A DNA stretch of 64,000 nucleotides from positions 4,822,106 through 4,886,105 of the forward strand of contig CM082587.2 of the NCBI GenBank assembly GCA_040954595.2, read 5' to 3'. Below the pieces are notes generated by a model that did not search any database, was not told the origin of the DNA, and worked only from the letters and a program-made list of their open reading frames with translations. Made by a program: the position numbers and the translations under genes. Numbering within the stretch: position 1 is the stretch's first letter; each line of letters opens with the position of its first letter. Positions 24,801 to 36,177 of this stretch are shown one piece after another. Source of the DNA: Balanoglossus misakiensis. Lineage: Eukaryota > Animalia > Hemichordata.

Positions 24801-27800
24801 CGAAGTTGTTGGCGTGTTTTCTTGCCTTGCAAGAGCCTGGAGCGTCGCGTCAACTTGTAAAATAACTGGTGTGGCATGGGCTTGAAATGCCGTTATTTTT
24901 GTGTCATAGTTTGGGCCGCGATTGCCGTCAAAATCAATAGCTATTGTCCCACAGACGCAAGTGTCTGATTGGAAAGTGCTTTGTCCAACCAAGGGGCCGT
25001 GTCAATGACCTGCCGTCCCTCGCCAGCTCCGGGACGATCCCCTAAACCGTTCCCTTTATAAGTGAGAAGGCAAAAAGCCTACACAAATTCTTAATCATGC
25101 TGAATAAACGTCCCTGTACCAAGTCCATTTAAGTGTGCTGGCAAAACCTCTCGCCGACTCCAGAAGTCTTTCCAAGTATGATAAGGGCTAAATAGCCCGC
25201 TAATCTAAACCTTTTAAAGTCGGAACACAGACCCACGGGGAAATGCCAGTCCTCCATACACTCGTCTGTTTCCGGAATGGAAAAGTTTGTGTGCGTGCGT
25301 TCGACTTTGATTCTCCCAGCGCAGACTAGACCTGGTCCAGACGTATGTAACCACATGACATATTCGGACAAATATGCCTGCCTGTCAAAAAGCTATGTTC
25401 AGTTATCGGGGACGGTTTCCGACAAAAGCCAGGCCGAATGTGTTGGCTGTTGTCATTACTCACTAGAAAATGTTTTCTCGGCTGTGTCAAAGTTATATGT
25501 TTGAAGAGGGGGGGGGGGGGGCAGGAGGTGGAATCGAGAGGGGTGGTGTGGAGGTGTCAATCTAGAACATCAAACTTCAAATTAGTCGCGTTGAATTTGT
25601 TTTAGCCTTGGCAGATTTTAGGCGATCATGTTATAATATCAAACATGGTAGACATTACACGCATTGCTCTGTGATCAGAATGCACTATTAGGTGACGAAA
25701 TAATGAGGAGAGAAAAACTTTATCATATCAACATTTCAGGAATTGCCAAATAAACAATTACATGTATTACCGATTGCCTACGCCCCCAAATTAGGCTTGA
25801 TGGCAGAAATATTTGACAGTATCGCTCAACAAGAACAGAGGAGCGTTCATTTTAATCCGCTCCACTGGTAGAAAAACGCACTCGCCGCGTGGTATACTGG
25901 GACCCACTTATACAACCATTACGCGATGGCAAAATATTGATACAAAAATAAAACAACTTATCAAAACTACTTTTACATGGTTGCAAAAAAGTACATTGCC
26001 TGCTCAAAAGGACCTCGATATGTATTATATTATCTTTGTAAGACTCCCTGATTTTAAAAAGTGACTTGTGACACACCATCGTTATTTATGTCATCTATAA
26101 TGTATTATTGACGATAGATTCCGGGAGATAAGTGCTGTTTGTTTCACAGAAGACAAGTAGACAGATAAACGAGTTTTTAAAATTAGGCGTGACTCGGGAT
26201 CACCGGTGACACGTTCCTTCTGGCTTTCCCCCCCCCCCCTCTCGAAAAGAGAATCACCACCCTTCTCAACAGCGCCGTGTTTGGATATTTGTTTAATCCC
26301 GTTGCGAACCTCCGGAGAAAACCAAACAAACAGGCCGCTTAGAACCCCGCTCGCTGCTAATGGAGGGTCTCGGTTTTTGCCCACGGCTACGGGCAACTGT
26401 GAAAACTTTGGCGAGATTGTTTGAAAAACAATGCCAAAAGTAACTGTGGCTATTCAAAATGACACGGCGCATACTGTCGTGTGAGGCCAAGTCAAGCACG
26501 AAAAATTAACCCCAACCGTTTGTTTGTGTATTTAATTTGAGCATGTTGAGAAGCAAGGGGTGTCCACTGACGGCATTTTCAATCAATGGTAGAGCTTTTT
26601 CGCGTATCGCTTACAGGAGAGAAAAAATTGCTCTCGACTCTGGGTTTTTTTTTCCTTGCACGTCATTCTACGCGAGGAATTTTGGCGATATTTTCATATG
26701 AAGCGGTGTCGTGCGGGTGCTTCTGATTGGCCAATTCCGTCGCCATTCTTCAGGCGAGTGCACAACAGGTGCATGAATGACGTAACCTGTGAGGCAGAGT
26801 ATTCAGAGTAAAATGATGTAACATGTGAGAATGTGTCCGGGATACTTCATGTGCGTCACCATTTCTGGCAAAGCCAAAAACCTTTTGTTATGCAAGAATT
26901 CACGTGACATGCCAAATGTTTGGGACAAGAGTTGGGCACTGACCGGCGACGGCCGTACGACTCCCTATGTTACCGACTGTATTCCTTCCTTCATCGGCAA
27001 ATTATACGAATGATAGATAGATCTCTCACCGCCACTTTCAACATGGCAGCAAGATAAATAATTTTTACACGAGTAAAAAAAACGCAAAACGCGGGCATGC
27101 ATAATGTCACTGTCGAAATTATTCAAGAAGCACTTCGCCGAGAGCTGTCAATGCCCTGCACCAAGACCATCCATTTTGCATCGTTGAACGGAACCATGTA
27201 TTGGTTCAATCGATCATTCCTCAAGCGGCTACGTTTTAGTTCTCAGAAGAGAACGTTTTAAGCCAAGACGGACTTTTATTCAGTGGTTTATGTTCAAACC
27301 AAAAGTCCCCAGGAACATAACCTGTATGCAGTGGCGATAAAGAGAGCAAGGCAAGACGCCAACGTCTTAAAACAACTGGCCACCGTCACGGAGAGGAGCG
27401 TCTTTTGCATTTGAAAGAAAAAAAATCATCCATGTCAACTTTAACTGGCTCGCTTTCAAACTGTCAACGTTGATCATTGTCAGTAATTCTAGACACCAAT
27501 TGCGCATGTCCGCCACATCTCCATAGAGCAGTGTGGTTAGACACTTCTGGCCGCGCCACGTCTTCTGAAGAGACGCGTGGCAATATTGACGCAAAATTTA
27601 TAATTTCCATATTTTTTAGATCTCGGCCATGTTATCATGCTCGAACTTGACTTGGGTTGGATTTCTGGGGCGGGTCGCCAAATCCGACACGGTCACTCAA
27701 AATTCACGCCAAGCATGATCGGCCGCGGCGATCATATGTGTTTACCAAGGGCGAATCTTGCCGTTTGGAGGCAGTTAAAATTGTGAAAGACAGTTATCCG

Positions 27801-30800
27801 TCACGCTTGCGGTTATCGTCCAATTTGAAATTTGCCATATGTTCACAGTGTGGAAAACAACACCAATGCATGGGCTATATGATATTGTTTCGCCCAAAAC
27901 CGATAAAAAAATTCTGGTGCGCAGAATTGACAAAACTTGCCACGCAGTCATGCACTGACTTCCATCTATGAGCGTATTGTTTCCGTAAAATGTTATTGTT
28001 AGCATAAACAAATTGGAATGCCGAATTGTTTTTCGTCATGTGTGTCTTTGTTCGAGTACACATTGTATATTGCCTGGAACCATCTTCGATAATTTCGTTG
28101 CGCGTTTAATGAAATTCTAGCGAATGACAAGATATTCTTCAATTGACGGAGCTATTTTGAGCTGAATTGTGGGTGGCAAATAACGCGGATTCGGTTACCA
28201 CCGATGATCTATCCTCCTTGAAAACATTCATCCTAGAACCCTCGAACTCTTAAAAATGGTTTCCAAGCGTTATTTATCTTACAGGGTGCAATCGTTTGGA
28301 ATACCAGGCGACCGCGAAACATAATTTGTGCCCTCCGAAATTTCCCCGGTTATTTAACAGTTTGAAAGCGCAATTTATTCAGCGCACGTATTTCAACTTC
28401 ACTGTCAATTTACGTGCTGTTTTTGCTTGACACTAGGTCGCTCAACTATCCCGGCCATCGCCGACACATTCAGTGATCAATCTCCCCGCTAAGATAGATC
28501 ACCGCCCCTTCCAGAGAGCAGATGCGTCCACCGTGTCACTGTAAACATCTGATGTGGCGGCTCGCCCGCCCGCCCATGGGTTGAAGCTCCGTGCGCGATA
28601 TTCGCGGGCAACCCGACACTGATTCACAAACGCGTGGTATGTACAGATCTATCTCACAGGCTGTAGCGGACAGCGGTTTACAGAAAAAAAAGCTCGGCTA
28701 CTTTACAACTTGTTTGTCCAACATGGGTGACGTATGACAGCAAGAGTCGAAATACACCTCCGAGACGCGACTGAAAAGAGCCGTTCTTTCGACCCTGTCA
28801 CGCCTGCGCAAATTTCTCGTTTCTCTTCTGAATTTATTCCTTCTGCACGTCACGCATTTTTCGGCCAGCAATGCGCACTCTCAGGGAGAAACGTAAAAAG
28901 TCATAAAAGTGCCTAAAATTCCACATAAATGGATCAGTGTCTGTTCTCATAGATGGAAATGACAGCATGACTTTTCATTCGGTTTAATATGGAAAACGTA
29001 CAAAGTTTACGTGCACTCGACCAATTCGAAGCAGTGTTTTGTTTTTCTTGGACCTTGCTGCCCAAATGCCACATTAAACGTATCTGTGACAACTCAAGCA
29101 ATTTTATATTGGTTATTTTGATCTGGTGTTTCTGAGCTGTGGTAAGTTCTCATGACCTAGGCGGGCACAATGTACATTATCACAGATTTCATCGGGGAAA
29201 AATTGCCATATTGACGTATCATCGCCAGCCAAAGAAATCCTGGCGTCGGTTTTAATTCTAAACAGTATCGGGAGTTCAGGCGTGGAGATCTTCCACCTGT
29301 CATGTTTTAAGTGGTTTAATAGTCGTTCTTGGGTCATTGCAAAAAAAATGAAATGAAAACATCGTCGGGCTGAAGGTTGTAAGGCCCAGACCCGTTTAAT
29401 GTAACGGGGCAATTTTAGCGCCAGAGATGACCCGGAAAAATTGCAGAAAATTCCCAGCTGTCTGTAATCATGTGAAATGTTGCTAGAACAACATTCACAT
29501 TTTATGGGTTCCTGTATGGAAGAGCAAAATAAAATTTACGGTATGCTCATATGGAGAAAGCGCGGCCGTACTTTATGTGTTGGCACCGGGTGAGACTAAA
29601 ACGAAGGAAACCGAAGGAAACCGAAGGAAACTGAAGGACACTGTTTTTTCCATATTTTAGTGCGAAGGAAAAGGTTTTCTCTATGCTGGTGGCCGAAGGA
29701 CTGGTTTAGCTTCGAATTAAACGCCGAAGGAAAGCGAAGGACGCTGATTTATCCATATTTAAGTGCGAAGGAAAAGGTTTTCTCTATGCTGGTGGCCGAA
29801 GGATAGGTTTAGTTCGGTAATTAATTATGCTGGTGGCCGAAGGACAGGTTTAGTTCGGTAATTAAAGCCGCAGGACGGGTTCAGCTCCGTAATTTTGGCC
29901 GAAGGAAAGCGAAGGACACTGATTTTTCCATATTTTAGTGCGAAGGACACGGTTTTCTGTATGCTGGAGGCCAAGGGATTGGTTTAGCTTCGAATTAAAC
30001 GCCGAAGGACGGGTGTAGCTCCGTAATTTAGGCCGAAGGAAACCGAAGGACGCTGATTTATCCCGATTTTCGGCCGAAGGACGAGGTTTTCTGTATGCTA
30101 GAGGCCGAAGGACAAGTGTAGCTCAGTAATTTAGGGCGAAGGAAACCGAAGGACGCTGATTTATCCCTATTTTAGTGCGAAGGACGTGGTTTTTTGTATG
30201 CTGGTGGCCGAAGGACAAGTGTAGCTCAGTAATTTAGGGCGAAGGAAACCGAAGGACGCTGATTTATCCCTATTTTCGGCCGAAGGACGAGGTTTTCTGT
30301 ATGCTAGAGGCCGAAGGACAAGTGTAGCTCAGTAATTTAGGGCGAAGGAAACCGAAGGACGCTGATTTATCCCTATTTTAGTGCGAAGGACGTGGTTTTC
30401 TGTATGCTGGTGGCCGAAGGACTGGTTTAGCTTCGAATTAAACGCCGAAGGACGGGTGTAGCTCCGTAATTTAGGCCGAAGGAAAGCGAAGGACGCTCAT
30501 ATCTCCATATTTTAGGGCGAAGGGAAGCCAGTAAGGTGCGGAATTGTGTTTTATCGTTTTTAGAAAGTTTAGCTACAAGTGTAGAAAGCTAAATTAGCTG
30601 TAGCTAAATAGTTCTAAACTATCTAAGTTTTAAGGATAATTATCACTACGATAATTATCGCTTTCTAAATATCGTTCTAAATTTATAAATTAGCCACAGT
30701 TTAGAAAGCCCCCCCCCCCCCCCCCCCGACTAAAATTTTCTGCCGACGATATAAGTGCTGTATTTCCATTCCAATATTTGCGGAATTTTCATGTATGATT

Positions 30801-33800
30801 TCAATTGGTGCATTTCAATTTCAATATTTGCGGACGGGAGAATGTTGGGAATCGTTTATTGCCCAAATCAAGCCTTATCTCAAAACTCCTCTCAGTTTAT
30901 TGAGATATGGGCTTCGTTTGTATGACACCATTGTTCTGTGCAACGACTGAAGTCTCAGGTTAATCAATGTCTTAACACCATTGTTCTACCATTATGAGGT
31001 GTTGTAAAACGTCAGAGTTAGAACTTCGACTATATATACTGTTAAAATAAAACAAAGATCACATTTGACTTCCCACCGAAGTACTGGCCATCCCGTCTCT
31101 CTCTTCATTCCAAGCCTACTTCCAAAGTGTACGCCGTACATTTGTAAACGCCCAAGTAGTCCAACTTTCTAAACTGCTGCTAGTTTAGAAAGTTTAGAAC
31201 GATATTTAGAAAGTGATAATTATCTTGAAAAAAGCCGTGTTTATCATTATTAGCTAAATTAGCTTCCTTAGACTATACATGTAGTTTAGAAATGCCCCTT
31301 CAATAAGACCATGGACGTGAAAAGAGCATGATAAGACACAATTCCGCACCTAACTCAGGAAAGCGAAGGACAGTGATTCTCCATATTTTAGGGAGAAGGA
31401 CATTAGTATCCATCTCTCTGTATCTCGGAATTAGGATATCAATAGTGTGATCTTGTGTTGAGATCGTTTTTTGTCAGTTGTTTTTCATTTCCAGTTCATG
31501 GAACGTAATGTCGGCTATTCCCGGTGAAGCATTTGAGCCCACGGTACAACTGCATGTTTGCTTGTAGAATTTGTTGTTTAATTCAAAAGTATTGTTACGT
31601 AGAATTAGTGATAGCATTTCTATGAGGTATGTTTGTTTAGTTTTGTTTCGTGTAAACATGACACTCTACTTAAGATCTCGACATTGATATCAGTAACTCT
31701 GGTCAGACGTGTACTAGCTGACGCCAAGTCTCTGATAATCGTGAGAGAATCGTGTCCTTCGCCCTAAAATATGGAAATATGACTGTCCTTCCTTTTCCTT
31801 CGCCCTAAAAAATGGAAATATGACTGTCCTTCGGTTTCCTTCGCCCTAAATTACTGAGCTACACTTGTCCTTCGGCCTCTAGCATACAGAAAACCTCGTC
31901 CTTCGGCCGAAAATAGGGATAAATCAGCGTCCTTCGGTTTCCTTCGCCCTAAATTACTGAGCCACACCTGTCCTTCGGCCACCAGCATAGAGAAAACCAC
32001 GTCCTTCGCACTAAAATAGGGATAAATCAGCGTCCTTCGGTTTCCTTCGCCCTAAATTACTGAGCTACACTTGTCCTTCGGCCTCTAGCATACAGAAAAC
32101 CGTGTCCTTCGCACTAAAATATGGAAAAATCAGTGTCCTTCGGTTTCCTTCGGCCAAAATTACGGAGCTACACCCGTCCTTAAGCTTTAATTACCGAACT
32201 AAACCAGTCCTTCGGCCCCCAGCATAGAGAAAACCACGTCCTTCGCACTAAAATACGGATAAATCAGCGTCCTTCGGTTTCCTTCGCCCTAAATTACTGA
32301 GCCACACCTGTCCTTCGGCCACCAGCATAGAGAAAACCACGTCCTTCGCACTAAAATAGGGATAAATCAGCGTCCTTCGGTTTCCTTCGCCCTAAATTAC
32401 TGAGCTACACTTGTCCTTCGGCCTCTAGCATACAGAAAACCGTGTCCTTCGCACTAAAATATGGAAAAATCAGTGTCCTTCGGTTTCCTTCGGCCAAAAT
32501 TACGGAGCTACACCCGTCCTTCGGCGTTTAATTCGAAGCTAAACCAGTCCTTCGGCCTCTAGCATACAGAAAACCGTGTCCTTCGCACTAAAATATGGAA
32601 AAATCAGTGTCCTTCGGTTTCCTTCGGTTTCCTTCGTTTTAGGTTATGCTGTTGGCACCACACTTTTTTACATTCAAATGTCGCTTCTATTGTAGTTTTC
32701 AAATAATCTCACTGGAGAAAAGTCTGTGCCCCGGGGGTGTTATGATCATCCCAATATCGCCAGCCAATATTGCCACTATCAGGCAACGCCACTATAAAAT
32801 GGTAGCGCCCCCGGCATTCACCAATACCACCACCACCACCACCACCACCACCTCAAGGACGCGGTGACCACTGCGCACGCACTCCACGGGCCACTACCAC
32901 CAACACCACCAACAGGACCACCTCCGCCGCCAAAGCAGTAACAGAATCCAGCGCGATCATTCAACCGTAACGAGCACTCAACTTGGGTACAAAGTATGGG
33001 GCTGTTTGCACTGAAGTGCCTTGCTAGAACAATCTTTGTCCTACAAATTGGTGTCCAATTGTTCCGAAGGTAATCAATTTGTGTAATGAAGAAAACCGAA
33101 AGCCGGAGATTTACTGCAACTGAATAAATCACCGTGACCCAGATAAATCCCGTGCAGGGTTTTAACCCGAGGCTGCGTTCAATTTGGCATTTTTCAAATA
33201 TTTGATGCCAAAAATTTGGAATTAGCCTAAAATAAGGTCCCTGCCACTTTGTTTGAACGAAGTGTTGATGGCCTTCGGGGGGGGGGGGGTGATAAAAAGC
33301 GATGCGACTCACGCGTAGTAATTGTAACAAAAGTGCTAGCCTGAAGTCTTCTAAAGGCCGACGCGTTGTGAATATTTCAGAAAGAGGCGGGCGCTTTAAT
33401 GGTCAATTTTCGACGGGGAAGACCCCGGCTGTTTTTAAACACTCAAACAGTTTTACGAGGACCGCATTCGGGGCAAGGTTCTCCAGTACGTACTGCACGT
33501 AGCACAAACAGAGACCAATATCACCTGCCATATATGAATAGACGGGCGTAAATATAGACCTTCTGTCCGTGGGTCTGTTTATAGCGGACCCGGTGCATGG
33601 TTGTGCACGTATACTCGTGTGTGGAAGCGAAAACAAGACTACACACATCCAACCAACCGTGAATCTCACTAAGGAGAAAGCCTGACAAAGGTCCCCCATC
33701 CCTCCAAAAAAATTTCAGTGCCGCAGACGATCGCATAACCCACCGAAAGCTAATTGGTCCCAAGTTTAATGCGTGACACTGCAACGGATATTGAGAAAAA

Positions 33801-36120
33801 CAATATTTATCCATCTTTGCCGGGTAAGAGATCCAAGCAGTTGTTTAAACAGGCGCGTCAACCTGCGTGGTCCGCGGTGCCGTACACGTCATAAATATCC
33901 CACGTTTTCAACTTTAGCACAATTCAACACTGATTCCAACAAGAGGCCTTGTTATCATGCGCGTACGTTTAATGTCCTTTTTTCCAACTGACGAAACGAT
34001 AATATTTATTCGTTGCACGATAAAAACTCTCCCAAATAGAGAGTGCCAAGAACTCCCGACTGGGACAAAAAAAATGACGTCTGGTGAAACGATGTGAAAT
34101 GTCGCGATTTTCAAAATACACGTTACAATATAATGACGTATCTGTTCGTAGTTGTTGAGGCGGTGTGGTGCGCTGTTGACCAGACTATTAAATAAAAATT
34201 ACGTATTGATCGGACCGCCATTCCTCTCATGCAAGGCACCATGACGTGACACCCGGAATATCGGTATATTTTTAGTCCCAATATCCAATGGGGGTCATAC
34301 ACGTGCTTCAGTGATTTCTGACTTAGGTGTTCCCAAGGGACCGCGTAATTGATTATCTCTTCGAGCGCAAAATCTTTCACAACCGAGACATCTCCCTCCC
34401 ATCCCTTTCCACGGAAAGGTTCGGGGACTCTAGCGACATAAAGGACACTCATACTCCGTTGCTTTCCGACACTTTCACGCTTTTCCGCTCGCAAACTCTA
34501 TTGAGGTCCAATACCACCCATGATTAAGTCTTTTGTGTATTTTTTGAACAGCAGTATTCATGGTTTTAAGATGGAATTCCGCAAACACGCGAAAGAGAGA
34601 GAATACGACCACGCATCTGAACTGCAGAGAATAGAGAGGGGGAGGGAGGGGCAGAGAGGAGAGAGAGAGGAGAGACAAAGACAGACAGAGAGCTGATAAA
34701 AGCATGGAAGAGATTCAACAATCATTAAAAACACCAGGTGTATTTAATCAAACGACTGAAACGATGATACTCTGAAGACGTTTTCTAAAAAATCCCACCC
34801 ATGCAGAACGCACGCCGTACTTTGAAACCCATTTCAACAAGTGTTAATAAGTCGAAACGCAAACCTCGGTTATCTAAGAAAATCGAGTGCCCCTACACAC
34901 TGCCTGGCTGGTGTCGTCCGGCGCATTCGGTATACCGGCTATTCCCAGGACACACGAACTGTGGCACGGACCGTTACACCTTATCTTCGGTCCACTGGTC
35001 GCCGATATATCTTAACCAGTCATTGAGACCAAGTGGCCCAACTGGTAAATAAAACCGTAATGCGTATGTACACATCAATCGATGTAAGCTGCCCATTAAA
35101 TAGGCGGGAGATGTAATGTGATATTATTTTCAGACTGTTTTGTTCTGTGTGTTAACTGATTTCTCATACTACTCCCTTGCCTTCAATATATTATGCGCAT
35201 TGCCCAACTTGCGATATACACATTGTATACGCCGCAGCCTGCAGAAGTTACTAGTATTTTACAGTGGTACATCGCTATCGCCAGCAACTGAGGTACATGT
35301 ACTCACTCCGAACTGCAATTCTGCTGTTAAAACCGTTATTCTGGCGCTATCTATGGAAAAGTGAACACTGGGCAGTTTCAACAAAAACAGAATTCAGCAA
35401 AATCTGTGATATCCAGAACTAAAATAACCTCCAAAAAATAAAATATCACACTTGTTGTCTATTAAGTGTCTGGAATGCTATAATTTGGGTGGTATATGAA
35501 TATCACACTTTCTTAGATCTAATAGGTGTCGCCTATACATGTTTTTTTTTGCCACTGTTATCACAATTAAATTGTCCAGACAAAGTCTTGTTAACCGGCC
35601 AGATTCCACAACAGCAATGTTATACGCCATGTGTAAAGGTGACCATCGTGGGAACTCGCGAAAAGACCCAGGTTGTGTTTCAACCGCCGGTGCTGTGTTC
35701 TGGTCGTGCTCGCTGTCATTTGATAAAGTTATCGTTTTACAAAATGACATTCACGTGTAGAAAAACGCGTTGCAGTACACCTGAAACTTAACACGGCAAC
35801 GTAACATGTACACACGCACATAGACGGATTTTTTTCTTTGAGTCAGACCAGCCTCTACCTTGATGTCTTCTTATCGAGGTCTTGCATCGCCGCGTTTTGA
35901 TTAGTTCGTGACACCAAACGCGCAATGTGCACCAGTATGCGGTAATGGTTATGTCTAAGCTGTGTATTCCTCCCTGCGAAGCAAATGAGTTTTAGACGGT
36001 TCAATTTCTTCACGCTGGCTTTCACTTTAAATCTGCGTTGTAGCCGATGGGGTCGTTGTGGAATACACATGTGTTTTGCTTAACTTCTCCCCGTGATATT
36101 GTTCTTGCGATATCGATGAC

Positions 36121-36177
<57 letters not shown>

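Larger units (their letters stand above)
29588..32650. mobile_element. Non-autonomous Foldback/MULE-like DNA transposon with long modular inverted repeats
   Basis: The left arm (~29596-31402) and right arm (~31753-32642) are reverse complements built of CGAAGGA-anchored 10- and 31-bp modules. The direct repeat GTTGGCACC at 29579-29587 and 32651-32659 lies 8 bp outside the ctaaaacgaagg termini on each side (TSD). Confidence 0.9.

Noticed and set aside
29596-32642. CRISPR-like array (CGAAGGA anchors with variable spacers)
   Set aside because: The spacers are a few recurring module types arranged as inverted arms with a TSD, in a eukaryotic intron with no cas genes.
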